Shown in pieces: positions 18,858 through 28,712 of a stretch of 64,000 nucleotides of DNA. A program made the translations under genes and the position numbers. The stretch is taken from positions 9,424-73,423 of the forward strand of contig CAZFND010000002.1 in NCBI GenBank assembly GCA_964520645.1, given 5' to 3'. Positions within the stretch are counted from its first letter, which is position 1. Each line of letters opens with the position of its first letter. The notes beneath the pieces are model-generated. The model ran no database searches. It was not told the origin of the DNA and saw nothing but the letters and a program-made list of their open reading frames with translations. This DNA is from an uncultured Candidatus Saccharibacteria bacterium (GTDB lineage: Bacteria > Patescibacteriota > Minisyncoccia > Phycocordibacterales > JAKAEA01).

Positions 18858-19888
18858 TGTGCCTTAAAATTCATTGTTACCCCGCTTCCTGCATACTGAA
18901 GCAATCCTGTTGGAGATTTTATAGAAACACTTACGTTTGATGCCCCACTTGTTCCTTGAGGAGGACGAAGAGTAATCATGTTTGTGCTATTTACTTGAGA
19001 TACAGGACTGCCGTTAATTGACCAGCTGTAATTGAGAAGTGTACCATCGTGAGCTGTTGGTGTACTAAAGTAGTATGGTGCAGCTTTTACTCTAATTTCA
19101 GCGTTCTTCAAATCATATGATGATCCCAATGCTTGATTGTAGCGTGTACCATAAAGTGGATTGTCTTCGTACATAAGGACTACAGGAGCTTGAGGGTTAA
19201 TACTTACACGTCCAATACCTGAGAAACTTACAGCAGAATCTGCTGATGTTACTTTTACAGAAATGTTAAGTGGTCGTAGGATAATAGATCCTTGAAGGCG
19301 AATACTGTCTTTGCCATATCCAGAAGCTGAACCAATAACACCGCTATCAGTTTCCCAGGTGTACACAAGCGTTTTGGGATCTGCCATTACTCCATTGACT
19401 ACATAATTTGGGAGAGCTGCTACGGTGATTTCTCCTTGGTATGGGAAAAGTCCCTTCCCTTTATAAAATGGTGGTGTATATGTATGTGCATCCCACACTA
19501 GATCTACTTCAGCGGGAGAAATAGTGATAGTTTTAATGATTGGAAGTCCAGAAGATGTAATAATTGCTGCCGCAACTTCCTTTGTTGTTCCATTTGCTCC
19601 CGCTTGTACTACTACTGAGGTAAGTCCCTTCCCCGAGTTGATCTTAGTACCATTTATAGACCATATAATTGTCGTGGTATTTAGATCAATAGAAAAACTT
19701 TTAATACTAACTGTTGTATTTTGATTTGGTTTAGGAAATTCAGGATTTATTTGAATAGTAACTGGATCATTACCCGGCAATACTTGTGCCTGGGTACTTG
19801 GAGCAACAACAAATAAGGATAGAGCTATGAAAATTCCTATGACAAACGTGGTTTTGATGTTCATGGGAAGAATAATTGTTCTATACAT
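18854..19888 (-). CDS. Secreted Ig-like/PKD repeat hypothetical protein
   Basis: Signal peptide; three repeated W-x-I-N-G / YTW beta modules. Confidence 0.7.
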   Translation of the reverse strand: MYRTIILPMNIKTTFVIGIFIALSLFVVAPSTQAQVLPGNDPVTIQINPEFPKPNQNTTVSIKSFSIDLNTTTIIWSINGTKINSGKGLTSVVVQAGANGTTKEVAAAIITSSGLPIIKTITISPAEVDLVWDAHTYTPPFYKGKGLFPYQGEITVAALPNYVVNGVMADPKTLVYTWETDSGVIGSASGYGKDSIRLQGSIILRPLNISVKVTSADSAVSFSGIGRVSINPQAPVVLMYEDNPLYGTRYNQALGSSYDLKNAEIRVKAAPYYFSTPTAHDGTLLNYSWSINGSPVSQVNSTNMITLRPPQGTSGASNVSVSIKSPTGLLQYAGSGVTMNFKAQ

Positions 19889-19932
19889 TATACTATACCT
19901 TCTATCTATAGCACTGTGTATTACGTATTACC

Positions 19933-20391
19933 CTACTCTGCGTTTTTTCGGGGCACGGTAGCTATTCTTCCTGATGTACCCTGCACAGTGTTTCTGTTGG
20001 GTTTTATGCTTCGCTCGGTGATACCTGGTTGTTTATTATAAATAGCCTGAGTTTTATTTAATGCCTTTTCTCCCATCGGGATTTGTTCTTTTGCTATCTG
20101 TTCTCCATTAATAATAAGAATATTCAACAACACACCCAATGTAATTTCGGGTAGTATACTGAGAATAGGAATAAACCCAATAATAAACGACACCACTACG
20201 CTACCCATAAGTTTATTATTTTTTGTAAAAGGAAAACCTAATTCTCTAAACCAGAAAAAGAAAATAAGCCATGCGAGTACATCAACCACAATGTTTACTA
20301 TTGGAATGAGGCTTATAAGATCAAGCACAGCTGCAGTACAGATCATTGCTAATGCTGTTACGGTAGATATTTTTTTTACTGAGTTACTCAT
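19933..20391 (-). CDS. Membrane protein in the T4SS-like locus
   Basis: Hydrophobic helices (LIPIVNIV, FIPILSILP); abuts the VirB4-like gene. Confidence 0.7.
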   Translation of the reverse strand: MSNSVKKISTVTALAMICTAAVLDLISLIPIVNIVVDVLAWLIFFFWFRELGFPFTKNNKLMGSVVVSFIIGFIPILSILPEITLGVLLNILIINGEQIAKEQIPMGEKALNKTQAIYNKQPGITERSIKPNRNTVQGTSGRIATVPRKNAE

Positions 20392-20393
20392 AG

Positions 20394-22190
20394 TTATGAC
20401 GTCATGTCTTCCTTTGCCTTCTTAATTGCAAGAATTTGAGATGGGTCAGAGGTAATAATTTGATCCTCAGTATATGAAGCAATGATCTTAATGGCGACGT
20501 GCTTTACACCTGCAAAGAAAATTCCCTCCCCCACTGCAGATTCAAGCAACAAATATTTTTCTTCGTCAGTAAGACTGAAGGTTTGTTGAAGTTTGTCTAT
20601 TGATGATGGAGATTGCTTAAGGAGAAGCTGGATAGATGAGTTTGTAATAATAGGAAGTCCGTATGGAGACTTAAGGAAATCATCCACGTCTTGAGTAATT
20701 GTCGCAAGACCGAGGTAATACTTTCGTCCTCGCTTAGCAAGACCAAGCAAGAATGATGCGGTATCTTCTGATTTCATCATCCACCATGCTTCATCAATTA
20801 CGAGCAATCGCTTCTTAATATTCTTTCGAATAGTGTTCCAGATATAGTGAGTCACTATATACATAGCAATAGGCTTAAGTTCATCTTCCATGTCTCGTAC
20901 TGAGAAGACTATGAACTTTTTGTTCATATCTACGTTTGTTGGCTGATTGATGAAGCCTGACCAAGTACCCTTTGTGTATTTAGAAAGTCGCTGAACGAGT
21001 GATCCCCCTCCTTCCATACCACTCAATACCATTTCAAAGTCAGAGAGAAGTGGTGGTTCGTTTTTTGAGAAATCACTTTCTGACGTAATGTCTTTGAGTG
21101 CATATGTTTCGGTGATAGCACGGTCGATAATAGCATCTTCTTCTGGAGTGAGGCCTCCCATCATAATGCGGAAAAGGCCTACAAGATTAATAATATTGGA
21201 TCGCAATACACTTGCTGGAGATTCATCTGGTCCTATAGGAGGAAGATCGAAGGGATTGATGTGGTGTTCTGAGTTAAGAGATATGTTGAAGTAGCGCCCC
21301 CCTGTTGCCTCAGCGAGGTATTCGTATTCTCGTTCTGGGTCAATAACAATAACTTCAGTATCAAACATGAGGGTTCGGAGAATTTCGAGCTTTGTTGTAT
21401 ATGATTTTCCAGAACCTGACTTGGCGAAGGTAATGGAATTGTAGTTTTCGAGAGAAAATCGATCAAAGAGGACCAAGCTTGAGTTGTGACGATTGATTCC
21501 ATAGAGTATTCCCCTATCTGACGTAAGGTCAAATGATACGAATGGGAATAAACTTGAAAGTGGAGATGAATTGAGCTTTGACGTCACAGCTAATTCATCA
21601 TTCAAGAGCGGAGTCATTGTTCTAAATCCTTGTTCTTGTTGGAAAAGTGCAGGCTTTACGTAAATAAGCTTAGATTCAAGCATTGATTTTATTTCCGACT
21701 CTACTTTATCCAATTCTGCTTCTGAATCTCCATAAATAGAAATATAAAGCCCAACATCGAAGAGCTTTTCTTGTGCTTGTTGAAGCTGATCTCGAAGATT
21801 TTCGAGGTCTTGGTAGGCGGTGTCGAGCATTGGGTCTCGGACGAGGCCCTTCTCTTCTCGAATAGATATCTGACTTTGTACTTCAGCTACTTTTTTCTGA
21901 AATTGTCTCAATACTGCTGCTGTTTCGATGGGATTGATATAAATAGAAACGTCGAAAATCTTATCAAGATTGATAATAGGAGAAAACCAACTTTCCATAA
22001 GAAAGCGTGGGTATGAAATAACGAAGAATGTTCGTACTATTTTTTCTCCCAAGTTAAGAGACTTTGGAGATACCTTAAGTGCAGATGGTGCAATAATATC
22101 CTTTAATTCAAGGGCAGCAGCTTCATACATCTGATTTGGAAGGAATTGAAGTGGTTCTTCTTTCTTTTTTAAAAAATCAAAAATACCCAT
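20394..22190 (-). CDS. VirB4/TraC-like secretion ATPase
   Basis: YGIN..N.SLV.FDRF, Walker A AKSGSGKS, VIDPERE, Walker B IDEAW, ITQD. Confidence 0.9.
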   Translation of the reverse strand: MGIFDFLKKKEEPLQFLPNQMYEAAALELKDIIAPSALKVSPKSLNLGEKIVRTFFVISYPRFLMESWFSPIINLDKIFDVSIYINPIETAAVLRQFQKKVAEVQSQISIREEKGLVRDPMLDTAYQDLENLRDQLQQAQEKLFDVGLYISIYGDSEAELDKVESEIKSMLESKLIYVKPALFQQEQGFRTMTPLLNDELAVTSKLNSSPLSSLFPFVSFDLTSDRGILYGINRHNSSLVLFDRFSLENYNSITFAKSGSGKSYTTKLEILRTLMFDTEVIVIDPEREYEYLAEATGGRYFNISLNSEHHINPFDLPPIGPDESPASVLRSNIINLVGLFRIMMGGLTPEEDAIIDRAITETYALKDITSESDFSKNEPPLLSDFEMVLSGMEGGGSLVQRLSKYTKGTWSGFINQPTNVDMNKKFIVFSVRDMEDELKPIAMYIVTHYIWNTIRKNIKKRLLVIDEAWWMMKSEDTASFLLGLAKRGRKYYLGLATITQDVDDFLKSPYGLPIITNSSIQLLLKQSPSSIDKLQQTFSLTDEEKYLLLESAVGEGIFFAGVKHVAIKIIASYTEDQIITSDPSQILAIKKAKEDMTS

Positions 22191-22191
22191 A

Positions 22192-22842
22192 TTAGCTTAA
22201 TTTAATTGGTTTTTCGGTCTCACCAGGATTGAAAAGCTTGTAAAATAGTTCGACTACTTCTTCGGTACCAAGCTGTGCGACACGGATACCGCAGCGTGTT
22301 AATCCTTGCTCTACTACAGAAATACGCTCTTCAAGCTGTGCTCTACTCTCTTCAAAGAGTTCATCATCCTTTTTTCGTGCCGCATCCCCTTCCTTCTTTT
22401 TAAATGGATTAAGTGAAAGTGAAGAAGCTCCTGTCTTAAGAAGTGCGGGAGAATATGGAATCACAATAAAGAAACTTTTTGTCATGATATTGGTAGTGTC
22501 TGTAAAGTTCTTGATGAATCCAATATATTCTTGTGTTTGGATTTTCATGAGGTCAGATGCTTGTTTCTTTTTTCGTTCTTCAAGAAGCGCAATATAAGGA
22601 GCAATATTGAGTCGGCGAGATTCGATGAATATTTGGATCGAGAAATCGAGTGAGTTTAATAAATCCTGAAATTGAGTCAAAATAGCTCCCTGCTCGTCTT
22701 CTGACTTAAGCGCAAAGTTGAGAGATGAAGCAAGAATAATAGCTCGCATTGAGCCGTCTTTAAGAATAGCCAAGCCATCTCTAATTTCTTTTATCGGTAC
22801 AAAATCTTGTGTTGATTTTCCAGCAAGAGGTGCCATATTCAA
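22192..22842 (-). CDS. VirB4-associated protein (TraE/VirB4 N-terminal-like)
   Basis: STQDFVPIKEIRDG, NFALKSEDEQ motifs; lies between the PrgI-like and VirB4-like genes. Confidence 0.7.
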   Translation of the reverse strand: MNMAPLAGKSTQDFVPIKEIRDGLAILKDGSMRAIILASSLNFALKSEDEQGAILTQFQDLLNSLDFSIQIFIESRRLNIAPYIALLEERKKKQASDLMKIQTQEYIGFIKNFTDTTNIMTKSFFIVIPYSPALLKTGASSLSLNPFKKKEGDAARKKDDELFEESRAQLEERISVVEQGLTRCGIRVAQLGTEEVVELFYKLFNPGETEKPIKLS

Positions 22843-22884
22843 TTATTGTATCACTACTTACTATGAATCCCCAGTGAATATCTT

Positions 22885-23319
22885 TTATTCTTCTTCAGGT
22901 TTTTGTGCTGGGGCAGTCCCCTTTGTGTCGAGACTCCATGTCATATCTTTCAATTTGCTATTAGAAATATTTGGGATAATAGAATTGGGACTGTTTGTGA
23001 AATTTACAGGGATACTTTTGGTAACCGTTTCTTCTTTTTTTCTCCAGATATAAAGCTTAGGACCAAAGTAATACGTAATTGCTGATTCGACGACAAAGAT
23101 GAAGGGTTTGTTATTTACTTTATAGAATGCTAACGCTACTGCAAATGCAGCAACAGGAATTATCAGCAAGATTGCTAAATAGAAAGAGATTGGAGATACT
23201 GAGAGATAAATAATCAATGACAACCCTGCCCCACCGATAAGGTAGATAAACTGACGAAATGTTAATGGGCCGAAGATTTTGTCTTCAACTTCAATAAATT
23301 GAGGAACTTGGTACTTCAT
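22885..23319 (-). CDS. PrgI family (VirB3-like) membrane protein
   Basis: YQVPQFIEVEDKIFGPLTFRQF signature plus two TMs. Confidence 0.85.
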   Translation of the reverse strand: MKYQVPQFIEVEDKIFGPLTFRQFIYLIGGAGLSLIIYLSVSPISFYLAILLIIPVAAFAVALAFYKVNNKPFIFVVESAITYYFGPKLYIWRKKEETVTKSIPVNFTNSPNSIIPNISNSKLKDMTWSLDTKGTAPAQKPEEE

Positions 23320-23348
23320 ATAACCTTATTTTCTCATGAGGCTTACTT

Positions 23349-24095
23349 TTATTCAATCACTTCTCGATACGGATCTTTATTAAGGAGTTCATTACGAGGA
23401 GAACCACTTGGCAATTCTGCATTGTGAGGAGCTTGTGGAAGGTTTTCAGGGATCTTCACGTCTTGTTTTGGCATACTTGTTGTTGCGCTCAGTCGAGTAT
23501 TCATAATAGAAGGCGCTGCTGGGGTCACAGGTCGAGTGTAAGCTGTGGTTACTTGCTTTAAGGGAGTAATATTCTTTACTGCTTGAGCAACATCCTGTGC
23601 GGTAAATTGTGGTTTTGGCGCAGTAGTCATTTGGCTAGGAGTTGAGATAGGCTTTTGTACTTGAGAAAGAAGAATAGATGGCGCACTCTTTTGTGTTTGT
23701 GGCGCGCTCGGTGTGCTATATGTCATCTGAATCTTTTGAGCGTTCATTGCTTGGATAGATGTGGGAGTGGGTTCAGTCTTCTTTGCCTCCCCTTCGAGAA
23801 GTGTATGTGCTGGCGCTAGAATGACATTACCTACATCAAGTACTACACTATTTGCATCTTCAGGGCTTACTTTATAGAGAGAGGTAAGATTTTGTGTAAA
23901 TTCTGTAATTGAGCTTACGCCAACAAGGAGAGCAAATATATTTTGTGAGAATGCATCAAATATAGAATCATCAATTCCATACTTCCCTGCTATAGCGTCT
24001 ACAGACTCTGCTACTTCATCTGACATGATGAAGTCTTGCAATGTGCCAGGAAGCTTTTGAAATGCATCATTTAGTTGTGTTTGAGTGTAATTCAT
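23349..24095 (-). CDS. Hypothetical protein with Pro/Thr-rich linker
   Basis: Helical N-domain, low-complexity linker, C-terminal DPYRE motif. Confidence 0.7.
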   Translation of the reverse strand: MNYTQTQLNDAFQKLPGTLQDFIMSDEVAESVDAIAGKYGIDDSIFDAFSQNIFALLVGVSSITEFTQNLTSLYKVSPEDANSVVLDVGNVILAPAHTLLEGEAKKTEPTPTSIQAMNAQKIQMTYSTPSAPQTQKSAPSILLSQVQKPISTPSQMTTAPKPQFTAQDVAQAVKNITPLKQVTTAYTRPVTPAAPSIMNTRLSATTSMPKQDVKIPENLPQAPHNAELPSGSPRNELLNKDPYREVIE

Positions 24096-24101
24096 AGTGT
24101 T

Positions 24102-26690
24102 TTAACCAACAAAATTATTTGACGGTGGTGTCTGAGGTGCTGGTTGTGGGTTATTTGCTGCTGTTTGTGTAGGTGCGGGTTGAGGAGCCGCCGCAGGTGC
24201 TGCATTTGCTGTTTGGTTAGTTTGTTGTGCTGTTGGGTTATTGAGATTGATCAATTTATCACGAGTCTCCTTACTTATTTTTTGATTTTTAGTAATAGCT
24301 AAGATATCTTGTTTATCAAAATATTTATTAATTTTAGGGTTCAAAAGAAGATCAGATGGTAAGTCCTTAAGAAGATTTTGCTCAATTTTTTGAACGTCCT
24401 CAGCTTTAATTTCCTCACCTTTTACAAGTTTGTCTCTAAGTTTATCTTCTGCTGCAGCAAGTTTTTCTTCCTGATTAAGTTTCTTTGATCGTGTCTTATC
24501 AAGGAAGTCTTGAGCAGCTTGCTTATGACCTTCTACTGTACTTCTAAATCGAACATTAAATCTTCCAGGAGTTGCTAACTGAGCAGCATACTTTTTCTGT
24601 TCCTCTTCTATCTCTCGTGCTTTTGCTCTCTCATATGATTTAAGCTTGGTTTCTGCTTCCTTAATTGCATCTGTACGTTTTTTGAGTTCTACAGGATCAG
24701 TTACTCCATTTGCTACAACTTCTGTATAATCAGATTTTGCTTTCTTTATAGCTTCTTTACTATTTGTAATATTCTGTAGAGTTTCATCTGAAGCCTTGCC
24801 TACACTTAGAATATCATTTTCTCCTTGCTTCTTACGTGTTTCTAATACAGCTTTATATCCCCCTACCCCAGTATTAGTATTCAAGCCAAATTTTTCTCCT
24901 GTCTTTGTGTTTCGAGCGTCAAAGCTTGCTTTAGCAAGTTTTTCGGCAGTGGCAAGTTTTGCTTCAGCTGTTTTTCGAGTTATTGCATTTGCTGAAAGCG
25001 CATCTTTTCTCCATTGTTCTTCATTACTCTTTAGAGTTGTAAGAGCTCGTTTACCTACTGTATTACGCAATGCTGCTGCTGTAGCGCCGGCTGTTGCACC
25101 TCCTGCTGCACGTTTAGAGTATGAAGTAATTCTGTCTGTTCCCCACTTTCCTACTGTACCCACTATTGCTGCACCTTGAGTTGCATAGCTTTTTGCAACA
25201 TTTGTTGCCACATGAATGAAGACGATAACAAGAATAAAGTTGATCACAATACCCGTGTTGCTACCCACAGAGTCTACATTGAGTGCGTCGGAGAACCCGC
25301 CACTTGCCCCCGTCATTTTCTTAAGATTATCTAAGAGTATAAAGAGTACCCAGAAGAGTGCCATAAAGAGAGGAGCAAAAATAAGCTGGCCCATGAGGGT
25401 ATCCCACCATTTTTTTGCTGTTGCCTGAGTTGCAGGGAGCGTCCACGCCACAAAGGCTATAGGAGATAGAACAAGAAGGACAATAAGGACGACAAATCGT
25501 AGGACAAACAACCAGGCAATAGTAAGAAACGTAAATGCTGTAATAAGCATGAAGACAGATCCTCCTATAGCAATAAGAAATATCTTGTCATAGCCTGTTT
25601 GTGCGGATGCTTTTGATGGATCAAGCCCCATTCCTCCGTAGATAGTTGCAAGGCCAACTGAGTTCATGATTTTTCCTCCAAATCCTTTACACTGAACGCC
25701 TGCAAATTTCTCACATGCATATTGGGTGTTTTGGTCTACTGCGAGCGCTCTATAAAAACCTAGGGTTACAATGTTTGAGGCATCGATTGCTGCTTTTGTA
25801 AAAAAGAGACTGAAGTTAATAAGAAGACCAATAATAATTATTTTTATAAGAGTGTTTTTTGTTGCCCCAGTCAATCTTCCTAGGATAATAAGCACGGTGA
25901 TATACAGCAGGGCAAAAATAAATATCATATTTGCTAGATCTCGAAAAACTGTCCAGGCTGTAGTGATTGAAGGTGCTCCTTTTATAAACTCAGCCATGTT
26001 AAGGACAGTATATGTAAGGATTTGGTTTAGAATAAGAGCACAGAGGCCAAGTATGTATCCACAGAGTGTCAGGATAATATAAGCAACTCCTGCAACAACC
26101 TGCTTTACACATATCCACCAATTGATAAATGGAATTCCATAACTAGTACCAAAACATACGTTTTCTTGAGATGATTTTGCATTGCTGACATCTTGTTGTG
26201 TTGCTGCGTTTCCATTATTTACCTGATTGTTGTGTGCTTGAGCAGCAACTAAATCTGTGTTTGCACCAGCATAATCTCCTTGCTGAGCCTTATTTATTGC
26301 ACTATCACTAAGAGTTTGCACCTGAGTTGCTTGTCCTTGTGCTAGGGTTACTTGCCTATTTGCCGAATCAAGGGCTCGTTGAGCATTATCACAATTAGTG
26401 TTTGTTGTACACGCAGTTCCACTGAGGTTTGGGTATGCATCACGAGCTTGTTGTGCATTATTTGCAACTATTTTTGCATTTTGTAGATTTGTATTTGCAG
26501 TTGCAACTTGTTGGGCAGCAGCAGCTTTTATTTGATCAACTTTTACTGTATCAACTTGAGGTGTGGGTGTTGAGGGTTGTGTTGTTTGAGCTTCTGCTTG
26601 ATTTAATAAAAGTGTAGAGAAGTTGAAAGGCGCAGCAAAAGTGCTGATGAGAAGAAGTGCTGTAAATAATGATGTAAGTATTTTTTTCAT
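24102..26690 (-). CDS. VirB6/TrbL-like polytopic membrane protein
   Basis: W...RDLAN, LLINFSLFFT..IDASN, LSPIAF, KKWW motifs; Gln/Ala-rich N-domain and charged C-tail. Confidence 0.75.
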   Translation of the reverse strand: MKKILTSLFTALLLISTFAAPFNFSTLLLNQAEAQTTQPSTPTPQVDTVKVDQIKAAAAQQVATANTNLQNAKIVANNAQQARDAYPNLSGTACTTNTNCDNAQRALDSANRQVTLAQGQATQVQTLSDSAINKAQQGDYAGANTDLVAAQAHNNQVNNGNAATQQDVSNAKSSQENVCFGTSYGIPFINWWICVKQVVAGVAYIILTLCGYILGLCALILNQILTYTVLNMAEFIKGAPSITTAWTVFRDLANMIFIFALLYITVLIILGRLTGATKNTLIKIIIIGLLINFSLFFTKAAIDASNIVTLGFYRALAVDQNTQYACEKFAGVQCKGFGGKIMNSVGLATIYGGMGLDPSKASAQTGYDKIFLIAIGGSVFMLITAFTFLTIAWLFVLRFVVLIVLLVLSPIAFVAWTLPATQATAKKWWDTLMGQLIFAPLFMALFWVLFILLDNLKKMTGASGGFSDALNVDSVGSNTGIVINFILVIVFIHVATNVAKSYATQGAAIVGTVGKWGTDRITSYSKRAAGGATAGATAAALRNTVGKRALTTLKSNEEQWRKDALSANAITRKTAEAKLATAEKLAKASFDARNTKTGEKFGLNTNTGVGGYKAVLETRKKQGENDILSVGKASDETLQNITNSKEAIKKAKSDYTEVVANGVTDPVELKKRTDAIKEAETKLKSYERAKAREIEEEQKKYAAQLATPGRFNVRFRSTVEGHKQAAQDFLDKTRSKKLNQEEKLAAAEDKLRDKLVKGEEIKAEDVQKIEQNLLKDLPSDLLLNPKINKYFDKQDILAITKNQKISKETRDKLINLNNPTAQQTNQTANAAPAAAPQPAPTQTAANNPQPAPQTPPSNNFVG

Positions 26691-26693
26691 CGT

Positions 26694-28709
26694 TTATTTT
26701 ACAATTACCGTTCGAATCGCCGTAGTTGCTGGTAATCCCCCACTGTCCTTCACGTCATAATTGATGACATACGTACCCGGAACTGTTGTATTTACTGTAC
26801 CTGTTACTACTACTTGCGCAGTGAGTGTTGCTTCGTCATCAGTCTCATCCTTTGCCACATATCCTGGTTCTGTGAATGTTGAGTTCAGTGGAATTGTCAT
26901 CTGGGTTTGTCCTTTCAAACCTATAATTGGAGGGTTGTTAGCAAAGACTTCCATTTCGGGAATAGTAAGATATTCAACTTTATTATATGTAGATTGAATT
27001 CGAACATAGCGTCCTTTTATATTTGGGGGAAGATTAAGGGTATATGGATTTTGATAGTTTTGTATGAGAACATCACTTGTCCAAATAGGCAGTGCACTTC
27101 CTCCTGAACGATTTCCCTGACTGTCACTTGGTGCAGTGTCGAACACTTGAACAACAAATGTAAGTTTCGTACCAAGCCCATATGACCATGGGTCATGTCG
27201 CTGATAAACAACAATTTTACTGAGGTCAAATAGTTTGTTCAAATCTACTTCAATCCATTGAGCTGGATTACTAGGAGGTCCGAAATATTCATTCATTGGT
27301 CCTGTATATCCTACATATGCTTGCCAATCTGCTTGATCACCATTTACAAGTTTTGAAGGATAATAACCATTACTACCGCTATCTTTACGGATACTTGATG
27401 CATATACTGATTTATTTAGTGCAACATTCACCTGAGGTTGGACATATGTTGATCCACTAGGAGTACTAATTGCTATATCTTCTGGTTTATATGATTGAAC
27501 TTGGTTAACATTATCCTGATAAGTATTGTATGAAGAAGAACAAGCAGCTTGAGCATCATTGGTAATCTGACCTATATTAGTATTAGATGATGAAGTTTGT
27601 TTACATGCTGATTGAAGGACTTGTTGTACAGTAGGTGGTGTGTGTGTACCTCCCCCTCCTCCTGAAGAGCGATTTGCACCAAGCAATCCCCCAGCACCAC
27701 TAATAACTGTCTGGAAGAGTTGGTTGGCAAGAGCATTAAAGATTTTATCAAGATCATCTGCAAGGCCAAGCTGCTCAGCGGGTACATCGAGCTGATTTTG
27801 GAGTGTGCCACCAATCACCTTTCCTGGTGTTTGTATCTGGCAATCATCTCCAGGAGAGCGTCCTCCAAAGCTTGCATTGTTACCTGCTACTCCAAATGAT
27901 CCTGATCCTCCATATTGGTTATAGCTTGTTCCATCTGCTGATGTACATTCTGACCATGAAAGGAATCCCCCACCCCAACTAAGTTTTGCAGCTTCAATTC
28001 CTTGTCGGCCACCAATTCGAGCACCCATTTTTGACGATGCTTTAAGGTAACTTCCGTATGGATTGTTATTATCACTCACACTAATTTTAAACCAGTCATC
28101 CCAGGTTTGTTGTTCGAAGTTGGTGATGGCACCATCAATGTTGTTGAGAACTTGTGTGAGTGTACAACGTGGAGTCCCAGGACCTTCTGAACCGTATGAA
28201 TAATCGAGCGCAAGTTGAAGTTGAATTTGTAGTTTAAATGGACTACAGAGAAATGCGAGATCAGAGCCCAAGATGAATTCTCCAGCAATTTGGTCTGCTA
28301 TATCGAGGGCAAATTGGCCGGGATTGCTAATAAATGCGGGTTTACCTTCAAATCCAGAGTTGATCCAAGTAACGATTTGCTGAGTCATTTGTTGAAGGAT
28401 AAATTTTCCAATTGCGAGAGCTAGACCGTGCTCGATACAGTCCTTCATGAGTGTTGATTGACTTGCTCCTGCTTGGGCTCCAGAGGTAAAGATCTGTCCA
28501 GCAGCAGATACTGGTACTGAGAGTGCTGCTGCGGCAGCAGATGCAGTAGTGTTCAATCCTACCGCTGCAAAAAATTGTGGAAGACAACTTGAGAAGCCGG
28601 CTTCTGCCTTTTTGGGTGGCATAGTAAGAAGACTAAAAGGCACTACAAGTATAATTGCGAGGAAGAGGCTTATTATTTTTTTATACATTGATACGTGCAT
28701 ACTCTCCAT
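26694..28709 (-). CDS. Exported protein with Cys-rich N-domain, F5/8 type C (discoidin) domain and DUF5011-like Ig domain
   Basis: NVALNKSVYASS, WIEVDL, GRYVRI (discoidin); PIIGLKG..EPGYVAKD..YVINYDVKD (DUF5011-like). Confidence 0.75.
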   Translation of the reverse strand: MESMHVSMYKKIISLFLAIILVVPFSLLTMPPKKAEAGFSSCLPQFFAAVGLNTTASAAAAALSVPVSAAGQIFTSGAQAGASQSTLMKDCIEHGLALAIGKFILQQMTQQIVTWINSGFEGKPAFISNPGQFALDIADQIAGEFILGSDLAFLCSPFKLQIQLQLALDYSYGSEGPGTPRCTLTQVLNNIDGAITNFEQQTWDDWFKISVSDNNNPYGSYLKASSKMGARIGGRQGIEAAKLSWGGGFLSWSECTSADGTSYNQYGGSGSFGVAGNNASFGGRSPGDDCQIQTPGKVIGGTLQNQLDVPAEQLGLADDLDKIFNALANQLFQTVISGAGGLLGANRSSGGGGGTHTPPTVQQVLQSACKQTSSSNTNIGQITNDAQAACSSSYNTYQDNVNQVQSYKPEDIAISTPSGSTYVQPQVNVALNKSVYASSIRKDSGSNGYYPSKLVNGDQADWQAYVGYTGPMNEYFGPPSNPAQWIEVDLNKLFDLSKIVVYQRHDPWSYGLGTKLTFVVQVFDTAPSDSQGNRSGGSALPIWTSDVLIQNYQNPYTLNLPPNIKGRYVRIQSTYNKVEYLTIPEMEVFANNPPIIGLKGQTQMTIPLNSTFTEPGYVAKDETDDEATLTAQVVVTGTVNTTVPGTYVINYDVKDSGGLPATTAIRTVIVK

Positions 28710-28712
28710 GTA

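Noticed and set aside
24102-24240. Gln/Pro/Ala/Thr repeats at the VirB6-like C-terminus as a DNA tandem repeat or variable region
   Set aside because: This is only low-complexity protein sequence; no exact nucleotide repeat unit or template copy was seen.
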